Below are positions 17,780-27,038 of a stretch of 64,000 bases of DNA, piece after piece (the first letter of the stretch is position 1; each line of letters opens with the position of its first letter). A program made the translations under genes and the position numbers. The stretch lies in assembly GCA_003327435.1 (NCBI GenBank), contig QOQV01000004.1:1037-65036 (forward strand), read 5' to 3'. The notes beneath the pieces were generated by a model. That model made no database searches. It was not told the DNA's origin and saw only the letters and a program-made list of their open reading frames with translations. This stretch comes from Ignavibacteriota bacterium. GTDB taxonomy: Bacteria; Bacteroidota; Ignavibacteria; UBA10030; BY39.

Positions 17780-20321
17780 ATCTCAGTTGTTTTAAAAATT
17801 CATTAAGTTTTTTTACTTCCTGGTCTCTTTCGGTTAATAGTTCTTTTAAAGAGATTTTGTATTTATCCCACAGTTTTTCAAAAACTTTTATCAGCTCCTT
17901 CTTTTCAGCGTTTATGTGTTTTTCTAACCCTTGTTTTATGGTTTCTTTAAATTTTTCCAGAATCAACTCTTTTGCCTCTTTTTCTGTCAATGTTTCTCTT
18001 TTTTGGTCAATTTTTCCTTCTTTAACCTTAATTTCTTGTTTGGTAGTTTTATCTTTTTTATATATCCCTTTCAATTCTTTTTGCTTTGCATCTAATTTCT
18101 CTTTTTGTTCCTTAAGTTTCTTATCAATATCATTGATTTTTTTGTGTAGTTCCCATATTTCTTTAATTGTTTTCTTTGCAAATTCGGATAGTGCCTCCCC
18201 ATTTAGTTTTGTTTGGATCGTTAATATTTTTTTATTCACTTTGTAATTTTTAGGTGCAATTAAAATATCTTTTATTTGATATTTTAAATAATCTTTTACC
18301 TTCTTTGCTGTTTTATCTCCTAAATCTTCCTCATCCCAGTCTTCCACTTCTTCCAGAATCTCGTTTAATTCTCCTTCTACCTGTGCAATATTGCTTTCAA
18401 TCTCTTCTATCCCTTCTAAATCTTCTGTAAAAAATTTTTTCTGAATCATCTCTTCATCAATAAGCATTTTACTCCAACCAGACGAAACCACAGTTTTAAA
18501 ATCATATTTTAACTCTTCCCACCAGTTGACAAATACACCAGCAATCTTAAATTCATCAAGAAGTCCTAAAGGCAGTAAAGCGTCTTTTAAACTATCCAAG
18601 GCTTTTTCTCTGAAATTCCAGAGATTATTATTTTCTGGAAATGCCTCAATATCTTCTTCAACATCATCCCACCATTCGTTTAGTTTATGGAAATGTCTAT
18701 CATACGTTTCTTTTACACCTTCGTAATTTTCAATAACTTCTTTTATTTTGTTTTTTTCATCAATATCACTTACAAAGTCCAGGCTTTCATTATCTATTTC
18801 AGTAAATAACTTATCAACCTTAAGATTAAACTTCTCCATCTGTTGTTTATAAAGCTCAAGCTCCTGTTTTGGTATGTATCCGCTTATATGGTAATGAACA
18901 TTTTCTATTTCTGGTTCGGGCGAATTATCCACGTACCTGCGAATATTCAAATTAAAATCATTCTCCTCAATTTCTTTGATTTTTACAAGCCTTGAATATT
19001 TTGGAATTTCTAAGGTATTATCAAACACAGTAACAATCTTTTCAATATCCTCTGGTCGTAAATAATTTTGATTTCTGCCTTCTCCATAGTCTCTGTCTGC
19101 GTTGATAAATAAAATCTTGTTCTTAAGATGCTCTGGCTTTTTTTTGTTGATGACAACAATACAAGCTGGAATGCCAGTATTATAGAAAAGTTTTGATGGT
19201 AAGCCAATTATTGCCTGAATAATATCATCTTTCACCATCCCTTCTCTTATAACCTTTTCCTGGCCGCCTCTAAATAAAACACCATGGGGCATAACACTTG
19301 CCATGATACCATCTGGCTTTAAACTGGCAACCATATGCTGCAAGAACATCAAATCAGCTTTTTTCCCAGTCTCTGGCGTAAAGCCATATTTAAACCTTTC
19401 AGGGAACTGCATATTTGCTCTTGTGTAGTTTTGAGAAAAAGGCGGATTTGCTAAAACTCTATCAAATTGTCTAATGTAACCATTCTCAACAAACTTTGGT
19501 GTAGTAAGTGTGTCCTCATTCTCAATATGTGCATCCGGGATATCGTGAAGAATCATGTTCATCTTACAAATAGACCATGTTACTCCATTATTTTCCTGTC
19601 CATATAGAGCTAAATTCTTAGGATTTTGCCCTTTTTCTTCCACATATTGTCTTGCTTCAATCAAAAAGCCACCAGATCCCACTGTCGGGTCGTAAATTCT
19701 CATGCCCTCCTGGGGTTTTACAAGCCTTACCATTAAGGTTTTCACATGCGCAGGAGTATAAAACTCGCCTCCTTTTTTACCTGCAGAGTCGGCAAATTCT
19801 TTTAATAAATATTCATAAGCAGCTCCGAGAAGGTCTGGGAATTCAAAATCCTCGTTTCTTAAACGGTAGTTATTAAAATGGTGAATTAAGTCGATAAGTT
19901 GCTGGTCTTTCAAGCGGGTTTTGCCCTTGGTAGCATTGAAATCTATATGTTTTAAAACGCCATCAAGTTCCGGGTTTGCTTCTTCCATTGCAGCAAGTGC
20001 TTTGTTAAGCTGGTTGCCAACATCTTCTTTTAAGTTAAGAATATTTTTCCATCTGGATTTTTCTGGAACAAAAAAGGTATCGCCATATGTATTTGGATCT
20101 TCTAAAAGTTCTTTTATTTCTTTTTCAGTACGTCCCTGATTTTTGAATACTTCAGCAAGCTTTTCTCGTTTTTCCTCAAACACATCCGACATACGCTTCA
20201 AAAAAAGCATACCAAAGATGTACTCTTTATATTCAGAAGCATCCATTTTGCCTCTTAAAATGTCGGCAGCTTTGAAGAGATGATTTTCAAGTTGCCTTAG
20301 CGTAATTTTTTCGTTGTTCAT
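17766..20321 (-). CDS. hsdM: type I R-M N6-adenine methyltransferase with a long C-terminal helical extension
   Basis: [43 protein letters not shown]. Confidence 0.95.
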   Translation of the reverse strand: MNNEKITLRQLENHLFKAADILRGKMDASEYKEYIFGMLFLKRMSDVFEEKREKLAEVFKNQGRTEKEIKELLEDPNTYGDTFFVPEKSRWKNILNLKEDVGNQLNKALAAMEEANPELDGVLKHIDFNATKGKTRLKDQQLIDLIHHFNNYRLRNEDFEFPDLLGAAYEYLLKEFADSAGKKGGEFYTPAHVKTLMVRLVKPQEGMRIYDPTVGSGGFLIEARQYVEEKGQNPKNLALYGQENNGVTWSICKMNMILHDIPDAHIENEDTLTTPKFVENGYIRQFDRVLANPPFSQNYTRANMQFPERFKYGFTPETGKKADLMFLQHMVASLKPDGIMASVMPHGVLFRGGQEKVIREGMVKDDIIQAIIGLPSKLFYNTGIPACIVVINKKKPEHLKNKILFINADRDYGEGRNQNYLRPEDIEKIVTVFDNTLEIPKYSRLVKIKEIEENDFNLNIRRYVDNSPEPEIENVHYHISGYIPKQELELYKQQMEKFNLKVDKLFTEIDNESLDFVSDIDEKNKIKEVIENYEGVKETYDRHFHKLNEWWDDVEEDIEAFPENNNLWNFREKALDSLKDALLPLGLLDEFKIAGVFVNWWEELKYDFKTVVSSGWSKMLIDEEMIQKKFFTEDLEGIEEIESNIAQVEGELNEILEEVEDWDEEDLGDKTAKKVKDYLKYQIKDILIAPKNYKVNKKILTIQTKLNGEALSEFAKKTIKEIWELHKKINDIDKKLKEQKEKLDAKQKELKGIYKKDKTTKQEIKVKEGKIDQKRETLTEKEAKELILEKFKETIKQGLEKHINAEKKELIKVFEKLWDKYKISLKELLTERDQEVKKLNEFLKQLRYAHE

Positions 20322-20335
20322 TTTTTATTCTACTT

Positions 20336-20515
20336 TTAATTAATAGAATTTGTAATTTGTATAATCTGTTTACAGTTCACTTTAAGCAATTCCTCAATCT
20401 TGCGGTAGTATCTTGATTTTATTCTCATTAAATTGATAAAACCGCCTGTGCCTTCAATCTTGGCGCCGATAAATACATCCTGTAATGCTTTGTAAAATTT
20501 TTGTTCTTTGGCCAT
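20336..20515 (-). pseudogene. 5' stub (59 codons) of a type III R-M Mod methyltransferase gene
   Basis: MAKEQKFYKALQDVFIGAKIEGTGGFINLMRIKSRYYRKIEELLK matches the recalled N-terminus of a type III Mod family, then diverges and stops just before hsdM. Too short for the ORF track. Confidence 0.65.
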
Positions 20516-20616
20516 GCTATTACCTTATTATTTATAAATCTTTTTGTTTTTAAGTCCATAAAAAGCCCCGCATGTAAATTTCCGGTCTCCTTTCGTAAAA
20601 GTCAGATTTTCGAATT

Positions 20617-20751
20617 GCACATAACGGATATTTATTTGAAACATTTGGCATTTCGGAGCACAAACCCTTCAAGTTACAACAATTTTTGATACGAGGTAAA
20701 ATGTTCGTTAACCCACTTACTGACAAATGTTTTAAATATGATGTTATCTGC
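20617..20751 (-). repeat. attC-like gene-cassette recombination site (Bacteroidota-type, 135 bp)
   Basis: Outer inverted repeat GCACATAAC/GTTATCTGC (8/9), inner inverted repeat TATTTGAAACATTTG (20633-20647)/CAAATGTTTTAAATA (20724-20738) (14/15), with asymmetric 7- and 4-nt spacers. Located just downstream of a gene stop. Confidence 0.6.
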
Positions 20752-20818
20752 CCTTGCAGGAATATCCTTAGAAGAGATTTTGAATACTTAACTTTCATCT
20801 GTGACTTATTTTTACTTG

Positions 20819-21292
20819 CTATCTTATATTACTGCCATCAGGTGGGATGCCGTTACACCGACTATTATCAATAAAACCATTAGTGTTTGCTAAAAGTATA
20901 ATTGTAGTTTTGCCGCCAGGTGCCATAGCAATAGAATTCCAAAAGATAAAATGTCCATCGGCAGTATAGATCACTATCCTGTATAGAGTACTTTTAGGTA
21001 TATTAACTTCGATAGATATTGTCGTGTTGTCTGGATTACTAACAAAATTATAAGTGACCGTATTAGAACTACTGTCAGTCGGTGTAAGTGTCAAACTTGT
21101 GAATTGTTTAGGACCAACCCCGTTTGGATCTTGTGGATTACTACTACTACCATAATTAGTAATGGAAATTGTGTGATTTCCAATAGGATTGGTAATGTTT
21201 TCCTTTTTATCACAAGAACTTAAAAAGACCGTCAGGAAGACCATCAATAACATTAATCCGTCAAATTTTGAAACTTTTGGATTCTTTTTCAT
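20819..21292 (-). CDS. hypothetical lipoprotein (probable gene cassette)
   Basis: Basic N-terminus, hydrophobic stretch, lipobox FLSS-C; GGAGG SD upstream. Confidence 0.7.
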   Translation of the reverse strand: MKKNPKVSKFDGLMLLMVFLTVFLSSCDKKENITNPIGNHTISITNYGSSSNPQDPNGVGPKQFTSLTLTPTDSSSNTVTYNFVSNPDNTTISIEVNIPKSTLYRIVIYTADGHFIFWNSIAMAPGGKTTIILLANTNGFIDNSRCNGIPPDGSNIR

Positions 21293-21653
21293 TTTTTCCT
21301 CCTTTCATTTTTATACACAATGGCAGATAATGTATATAATAACGCAATATTGCATCCGTTAGCTAACGGATTATTCTTTTTGATTGATATGTGTAACATC
21401 TTTTCATCAATGTTAAATAATTTTTTTTAAAAATTCAAATCTGTTTATGCAATAATTATATTTTTGCTTTTATACATAAAATATAACTCACTTTGAATCA
21501 AAGTATCAAAAATTGGAAGAACATTCTTTAATATTGCAAAAATATCCAGATTTTAGTAAATTGTAGAGCAATTAATTGTTTAGATTCGTGGTTTATCTTA
21601 AGATAGAGTTTAAAAAGTTCCTTAAAACACTATAATTAACGGAATTTTCATCT

Positions 21654-21727
21654 GGGCCCGTAGCTCAATTGGACAGAGCATCAGCCTTCTAAGCTGAGGG
21701 TTACGCGTTCGATTCGCGTCGGGCCTG
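21654..21727 (+). tRNA. tRNA-Arg (anticodon UCU), CCA not encoded
   Basis: Acceptor GGGCCCG/CGGGCCT, D-arm AGCTCAATTGGACAGAGC, anticodon arm TCAGC-CTTCTAA-GCTGA, T-arm ACGCG-TTCGATT-CGCGT. Confidence 0.95.
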
Positions 21728-21732
21728 CTAAT

Positions 21733-22899
21733 TTACCTCCAAACCCCAGCTATCTTTTCACCACAATATTTGCACTTCCCACTCTCAAGATGATTGTTTA
21801 AAATTGAAAAACCTCGCCTCTCAATTATAACTTTTTTGCACTTGGGACAATATGTATTCTCAGTTTTGTTCGCCGGAACATTCCCGATGTAAACATATTT
21901 CATACCGCACTCAATCGCAATCTTATGTGCCTGCTCAAGTACCGAAATCGGTGTATATGGTAAATGTGCAAGTTTATACAAAGGAGTAAATCGTGAAAAA
22001 TGTAAAGGCATATCCTCAAACTTGTTTGCAATAAACCACTCACACATTTTCCTAATTATCTTTAAATCATCAGTCCAGTTAGGAATGATTAGATTTGTAA
22101 CCTCAAGCCAGACACCTTCTTCCCTGAAAATCTTCAGGTTTTTTAAAACTGGTTCTAAACTTCCACTGCTTATTTTTTTGTATATCTCATCATCAAAAAT
22201 TTTCAGATCAATATTGGCAGCGTCAAGATACTTACACAACTGGCGGAGCGGTTTTTCGTTTATGTAACCATTCGACTTCAACAAATTTTTTATACCACTC
22301 TGTCTTGCCAACTTTGCTGTGTCGTAAACATATTCGTAAAATGTTGTTGGCTCTGAGTATGTGTATGCTATCGTCTCACATTTATATTTCAAACATTGTT
22401 TTACAGCTTCTTCTGGCATCAAATCATAATTGGAAGTTTCTTTCGGACTTACCTGAGAAATCTGCCAGTTCTGACAATTCAAGCATCTGAAATTGCATCC
22501 TGCAATAGCAACTGAAAATGCTTTTGCTGAAGGTAAGAAATGAAAGAATGGCTTCTTTTCTATTGGATCAATATGAACCGCACAGGGATTTCCATAACCA
22601 ATTGTGTATAGTTTGTTTTTAACATTAACACGGTTTCTACAAAATCCCATATCGCCATCGGCGAGTTTACATTCGTGAGGACACTTGTTGCATTGTAACA
22701 AACCACCTTCCGACTTTGAATAAAACATTGCTTGTTTTGTCCACTTGTCGAGTACATCAGAACCAGTTGCGGGTAAATTTTCATAGAAGTTCAAAATACT
22801 ACCTGAGGATTTTAACTCATAAATTAGGCCACATAAACCCAAACCACATAGACCCAAAAATTCTCGTTTTGTGTATGTTCTTTTTATACTTTCGCTCAT
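21733..22899 (-). CDS. amrS: AmmeMemoRadiSam system radical SAM enzyme with a Tat-like N-terminus
   Basis: CNKCPHEC...C, HIDPIEKKP..HF.P, GCNFRCLNCQNWQISQ (CxxxCxxC), AYTYSEP, YVYIGNVP, C-terminal CPKC and CKYC; N-terminal TKREFL followed by a hydrophobic stretch. Confidence 0.9.
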   Translation of the reverse strand: MSESIKRTYTKREFLGLCGLGLCGLIYELKSSGSILNFYENLPATGSDVLDKWTKQAMFYSKSEGGLLQCNKCPHECKLADGDMGFCRNRVNVKNKLYTIGYGNPCAVHIDPIEKKPFFHFLPSAKAFSVAIAGCNFRCLNCQNWQISQVSPKETSNYDLMPEEAVKQCLKYKCETIAYTYSEPTTFYEYVYDTAKLARQSGIKNLLKSNGYINEKPLRQLCKYLDAANIDLKIFDDEIYKKISSGSLEPVLKNLKIFREEGVWLEVTNLIIPNWTDDLKIIRKMCEWFIANKFEDMPLHFSRFTPLYKLAHLPYTPISVLEQAHKIAIECGMKYVYIGNVPANKTENTYCPKCKKVIIERRGFSILNNHLESGKCKYCGEKIAGVWR

Positions 22900-22902
22900 A
22901 AG

Positions 22903-25029
22903 TCAACCTCTTTTCAAAAATGTTAACACACTTCCAACGAGATTCATTCCACCAATCAGCAATCCAGAATAGACAAATCCAAGCAATGGGAACAGGAAAA
23001 CAGTAACTACAAACGAACCTATGGCTGAACCAATCATATCCACACTATAAATCTCCGATGCAATATTTTCATATTTGCCCTTTTTAATGTTAACAGCGGT
23101 TGCAAACTCAAACCCTACAAGGCAACCAATTATAGATGTAAACACTACAATTACAAAGAAAATTATTCCCGAACCCAGCAAAAGGTTATTTAAAGATATA
23201 ATAACAACTGGAATAAATGATGAGATTATAAAAATTAAAAATTGTATTTTTGCATAACTAATCAGCTTCGGGCTTGGCAAATACTTACTCTGAAAATACG
23301 CACCTATCGCTAATCCAAGCATAAAAACTGCTATTATTAAACCTATCATTTGATAAACATACCCGTAAATTATCTGGAATGCGATTAGCAGAAGAAACTC
23401 AACTCCAGATGCAGCAAACCCCCCAGCAAACATTCCATAACTAATCACATCCATTCTCAGCAAAAAAACTAACAATAACAATCCTAAAAACAAAAGTACA
23501 TACCGATAATCAACTCCAAACTGACTTAGCCACAAAATTATCTGATGATAATAAGTTATTGGATTAAAATCGGTATTAAGCAAATTTGTTTCCTCAATAT
23601 TTTTTAGAATGAAATCGCTTCTCTGTTTTAAAATATCTGTATCAAGATAATATTTGTTGACATATAAATTTTCAATTTTTCTCTCATCTATTAAAGCAGG
23701 TATATTTATAATTAATTCCCCATCCGAGCATATAAAGAAGTCCCTATATCCAGCAATGATCAAAACATTCTTAAAATTATTTTTTAGTGTGTTATAAATT
23801 ACTGATTTAAATCTTCTGGCTTCCGGGCTTAAATAATCCACAGCAGACGATAAACTGTATGATACAACAGCATTAGGATTTAATTTACTTTTCAATTCTT
23901 TAAGAAACTCATCAGTATAATATCGATTAATCTGAGCAGTTGAAGGTTCTGGTAAATTGATCAAAGCTACATCATACCTGGCTTCAGTGTTTTTTACATA
24001 AAGTCGTGCATCTTTTCCAGCGAAAAAAACTCTATTATCAAATTCTTTATCGGAAAAATAATCTTTGATTTTGATAATAAAAGGATTTATCTCCACATAA
24101 TCGATTTTTTTAACATCATATTTTAAAACCTCTTCAATGGTTCCGGAAATCCCACCAGATACTAACAGCACATTTTCAGGATTTTGAGATTGTACCATCG
24201 CATAATGCACAGCTTCTTCGTTAGAAATCGGATCGTTGGTTGAAAAAAGTAGCAGTGAGTTTTCGTAAATGTTTCTTTGATTTTGAGTTTCAGTTATTAC
24301 TAAACTCCCGTACGGAGTGTTTCTATAATATTCAATTTTTTGCTCAGGGAAAATCATCTCTTTTAATTTTTTATCAAAGTGAAAAAAATAATTCCACATT
24401 ACAATTGAGGTTGCTAAAATTAAAATGAATATTTTATAAAACGAAAAATTCCAGATGAATGATATTACTAACGCTATTGTTAGATTGAAGAGAAAGATTA
24501 GAATCAATATTTGAATATTCGATAGATAAATTGAGAGAACTAAACTCATCAATATTCCTGCAATAACGCTTCCGACAGATTCAATTGAATAAACTCTACC
24601 AATTAGATTTTGAGAGTATTTTTCAGAAATTACCGATGATAAATAAGTAAAGAAAAATCCTGATACGAGACAGAATGGAAACATTATAAGGAGAGAATAC
24701 CAAAAAATTTCAGAAATGCTTAATTGAACACCCACATCAAAAATTATATTTCGTAGAAAATTTAAAAAAAATACACTAATCAAAGGCAGGATAGAAATTA
24801 ATATCAGAAAATTTACAATGGATTTTTTGTATTCTTTGAAAATTATTAGCTTGCCGATGAAAGCACCGGCACCAATCAGCATCATCCAGTTAGCTAAAAT
24901 TACCCCAATAACTAATTCGTTACCATAAAAAACTGAAAGGAACTCTCTTAGAAAAACAATTTGAACTGAGATTGAAGTAAATCCGAGGGAAAAGATAACC
25001 CAGGAAAAGAATCTTTCTATATTGAACAT
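22903..25029 (-). CDS. polytopic membrane protein with a central spermidine-synthase-like SAM-binding domain
   Basis: N- and C-terminal multi-TM MFS-like blocks (Q...LREFL..FYGNEL; Y..E..GS; YSVD.IGS) flanking EE.VH, VLLVSGG, YVEINP, DAR and YDV...NLPEP. Confidence 0.8.
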   Translation of the reverse strand: MFNIERFFSWVIFSLGFTSISVQIVFLREFLSVFYGNELVIGVILANWMMLIGAGAFIGKLIIFKEYKKSIVNFLILISILPLISVFFLNFLRNIIFDVGVQLSISEIFWYSLLIMFPFCLVSGFFFTYLSSVISEKYSQNLIGRVYSIESVGSVIAGILMSLVLSIYLSNIQILILIFLFNLTIALVISFIWNFSFYKIFILILATSIVMWNYFFHFDKKLKEMIFPEQKIEYYRNTPYGSLVITETQNQRNIYENSLLLFSTNDPISNEEAVHYAMVQSQNPENVLLVSGGISGTIEEVLKYDVKKIDYVEINPFIIKIKDYFSDKEFDNRVFFAGKDARLYVKNTEARYDVALINLPEPSTAQINRYYTDEFLKELKSKLNPNAVVSYSLSSAVDYLSPEARRFKSVIYNTLKNNFKNVLIIAGYRDFFICSDGELIINIPALIDERKIENLYVNKYYLDTDILKQRSDFILKNIEETNLLNTDFNPITYYHQIILWLSQFGVDYRYVLLFLGLLLLVFLLRMDVISYGMFAGGFAASGVEFLLLIAFQIIYGYVYQMIGLIIAVFMLGLAIGAYFQSKYLPSPKLISYAKIQFLIFIISSFIPVVIISLNNLLLGSGIIFFVIVVFTSIIGCLVGFEFATAVNIKKGKYENIASEIYSVDMIGSAIGSFVVTVFLFPLLGFVYSGLLIGGMNLVGSVLTFLKRG

Positions 25030-26546
25030 TATTTTAAGAATTCTTTTTCGTTAAAAACCAGAGCTTCATAAGTGTAAAGCTCTGCGTCTTTCCATCCATT
25101 CCAGCCAATACCAGCTTTATCCTGTGCACAATGGCCCAAAAACTCCTCTTTAGTCCAACCGGTTTCTGTAGCGACTTTTGGTAAAAATGTACCTGAGTTC
25201 AATCCCTTTTTTATGTAAATTCCATGTTTACCAAGCTGGATTTCATCAATAGATTTGATTCTTCTGAGTGGTGTAAGCACAGAGATTTCGATTTCAATAT
25301 TTTTCAGTTCGTCCTCAGTTACTGGATAGAATCTATAATCTTCAGATGCTGAAGCGATTGTCATCTGTTGAACGACTTTGTAAAGTGGATCAACCGGATC
25401 GAACCTTCCAATGCAACCACGCAATTGCCTGTTGAGATAGAGTGTCACGAAAGCACCACATTTTTCTTTTAGATTGGGAGTCAAATCCTTTTCGTTAACA
25501 TCAAAAATTTTATTTTCCCTGACGAACATCTCGAGAGTTTTTCTTGATATACTCAACAGCAGTTTTTTCTCGTTATCATTTAGGTTAAATTCTTCTTTAT
25601 CCATTTTTTCTCTCCTTTTGAATGTAATAGCTGAATAACCAACCACCCTGCTTTTATCCCCGAATTGAACATCACCTGAATTTTTATATTGAACCAGTTC
25701 AGCAGAAATATCTTTTTGATTCTCAAGCATGTACAATAAAACAAGAACCGAAGTCCAACCGCACAAACTTGTAGAAAGATTCTTAATCCCCTTTCGCTGA
25801 TTATCTTCAAGAACCTTCAATAAATTATCTGGGTTTTTAGATAATATTGCATCATTGGTTAATTTATCAACCTTATATGCATCATCATAATTAGGATAAT
25901 GTGAATAATCGGTACTAATTACGAAAAGGTTCCTGTGATTCAGATACGGTTTGAGTGCGTTTGCAATTTTCTTGCAAATCTCGGGTGATTGTGTACCTAA
26001 AACGATAGGTACAATTTTGAATTCCTTTTTTAGATGATATTGTAAGAAAGGAATCTCTACTTCGATACTGTGTTCAAGTGTGTGTGCATCTTCTCTATCA
26101 GTGAAAAAATCATATTTCTGGATTAATTCATCTGATATTGTTTTGTTAACGACAACTTTTCCTAATGGGGTTAAAAAATCGCCTTTGCGATAAATTGAAG
26201 CACCATTAAAAAATATGTGATGACTTGAACCAATAAGAAAAATGTTATCATAATCTTTTGAAGGATCGAGTTGATTAAATGCTGAAGCAGCCACCTCACC
26301 CGAATAAACATATCCAGCATGTGGAGAAATTAAGGCAAGAATATTTTGAGAAGTTTTACCTTTTACAGCTTTTGAAAAAAGCTCGGATAGTGTTTTTCCT
26401 AATTCTGATGCATTGGATGGATAAAATTGTCCTGCAACGGCTGGCTTGCGGTCGACTTGCGAAAAGCTCAGGCAAAAATTAAAAACTGTAAGCAATATAA
26501 ACATCCCAAAAATTTTCATCAAAATATTTTTTATAACCTTAACCAT
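25029..26546 (-). CDS. amrB: AmmeMemoRadiSam protein B (MEMO1-like) fused to protein A (AMMECR1-like), with an N-terminal signal peptide
   Basis: RKPAVAGQFYP, PHAGYVYSG, EHSIEV, STDYSHY, SLCG, VVGY, followed by GAFVTL, LRGCIG, EISVLTP, HGIYI, GTFLP.VA. Confidence 0.9.
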   Translation of the reverse strand: MVKVIKNILMKIFGMFILLTVFNFCLSFSQVDRKPAVAGQFYPSNASELGKTLSELFSKAVKGKTSQNILALISPHAGYVYSGEVAASAFNQLDPSKDYDNIFLIGSSHHIFFNGASIYRKGDFLTPLGKVVVNKTISDELIQKYDFFTDREDAHTLEHSIEVEIPFLQYHLKKEFKIVPIVLGTQSPEICKKIANALKPYLNHRNLFVISTDYSHYPNYDDAYKVDKLTNDAILSKNPDNLLKVLEDNQRKGIKNLSTSLCGWTSVLVLLYMLENQKDISAELVQYKNSGDVQFGDKSRVVGYSAITFKRREKMDKEEFNLNDNEKKLLLSISRKTLEMFVRENKIFDVNEKDLTPNLKEKCGAFVTLYLNRQLRGCIGRFDPVDPLYKVVQQMTIASASEDYRFYPVTEDELKNIEIEISVLTPLRRIKSIDEIQLGKHGIYIKKGLNSGTFLPKVATETGWTKEEFLGHCAQDKAGIGWNGWKDAELYTYEALVFNEKEFLK

Positions 26547-26586
26547 ACTCCAGATAAAATATAAAAAATATTTTAGAAATATGGAA

Positions 26587-26931
26587 TTAAATTTCCTTTA
26601 ATTCATCCAGGAAAGCAACTGCACGACGTAGATGCGGAATTACTATCGAACCGCCCACTGTTAAAGCAACACTGAATATTTCAAACATTTCTTCTTCTGT
26701 AACACCCTCTTTTTTGCATTGGATTATATGATACGAAATGCAATCGTCACATCTTAAAACCATAGATGCTACAAGTCCAAGCATTTCCTTCGTTTTAGAA
26801 TCGAGCTTGCCTGATTGATAGGTAAGTGTATCAAGAGAAAAAAATCTCTTAATTGGTTTATTATCAGTCGAGAGAATTCTATTATTCATTTTCTCTCGAA
26901 ATTCCTGAAATTCTTTTACACGATTTTGCAT
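26587..26931 (-). CDS. carboxymuconolactone decarboxylase/AhpD-family protein
   Basis: LD.KTKEM..L.AS..LRCDDCISYH (CxxC..H), VGGSI..PH. Confidence 0.85.
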   Translation of the reverse strand: MQNRVKEFQEFREKMNNRILSTDNKPIKRFFSLDTLTYQSGKLDSKTKEMLGLVASMVLRCDDCISYHIIQCKKEGVTEEEMFEIFSVALTVGGSIVIPHLRRAVAFLDELKEI

Positions 26932-27038
26932 TATTACTCCTATTTTTGTTAATCCAAATAAATACTGGCTGAGCTAAATTTCCAAATAATTAAAATAAAA
27001 TGATGTTTTTGAATTTAGAATTTTAAAAAAACCAAATA

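Noticed and set aside
20550-20798. 82-aa ORF downstream of the lipoprotein gene
   Set aside because: It runs straight through the attC-like hairpin and has no protein-like features.
21654-21727. tRNA-Arg as the integration site of the R-M island
   Set aside because: The accessory region lies 5' of the tRNA; I saw no duplicated tRNA 3' end and no integrase.
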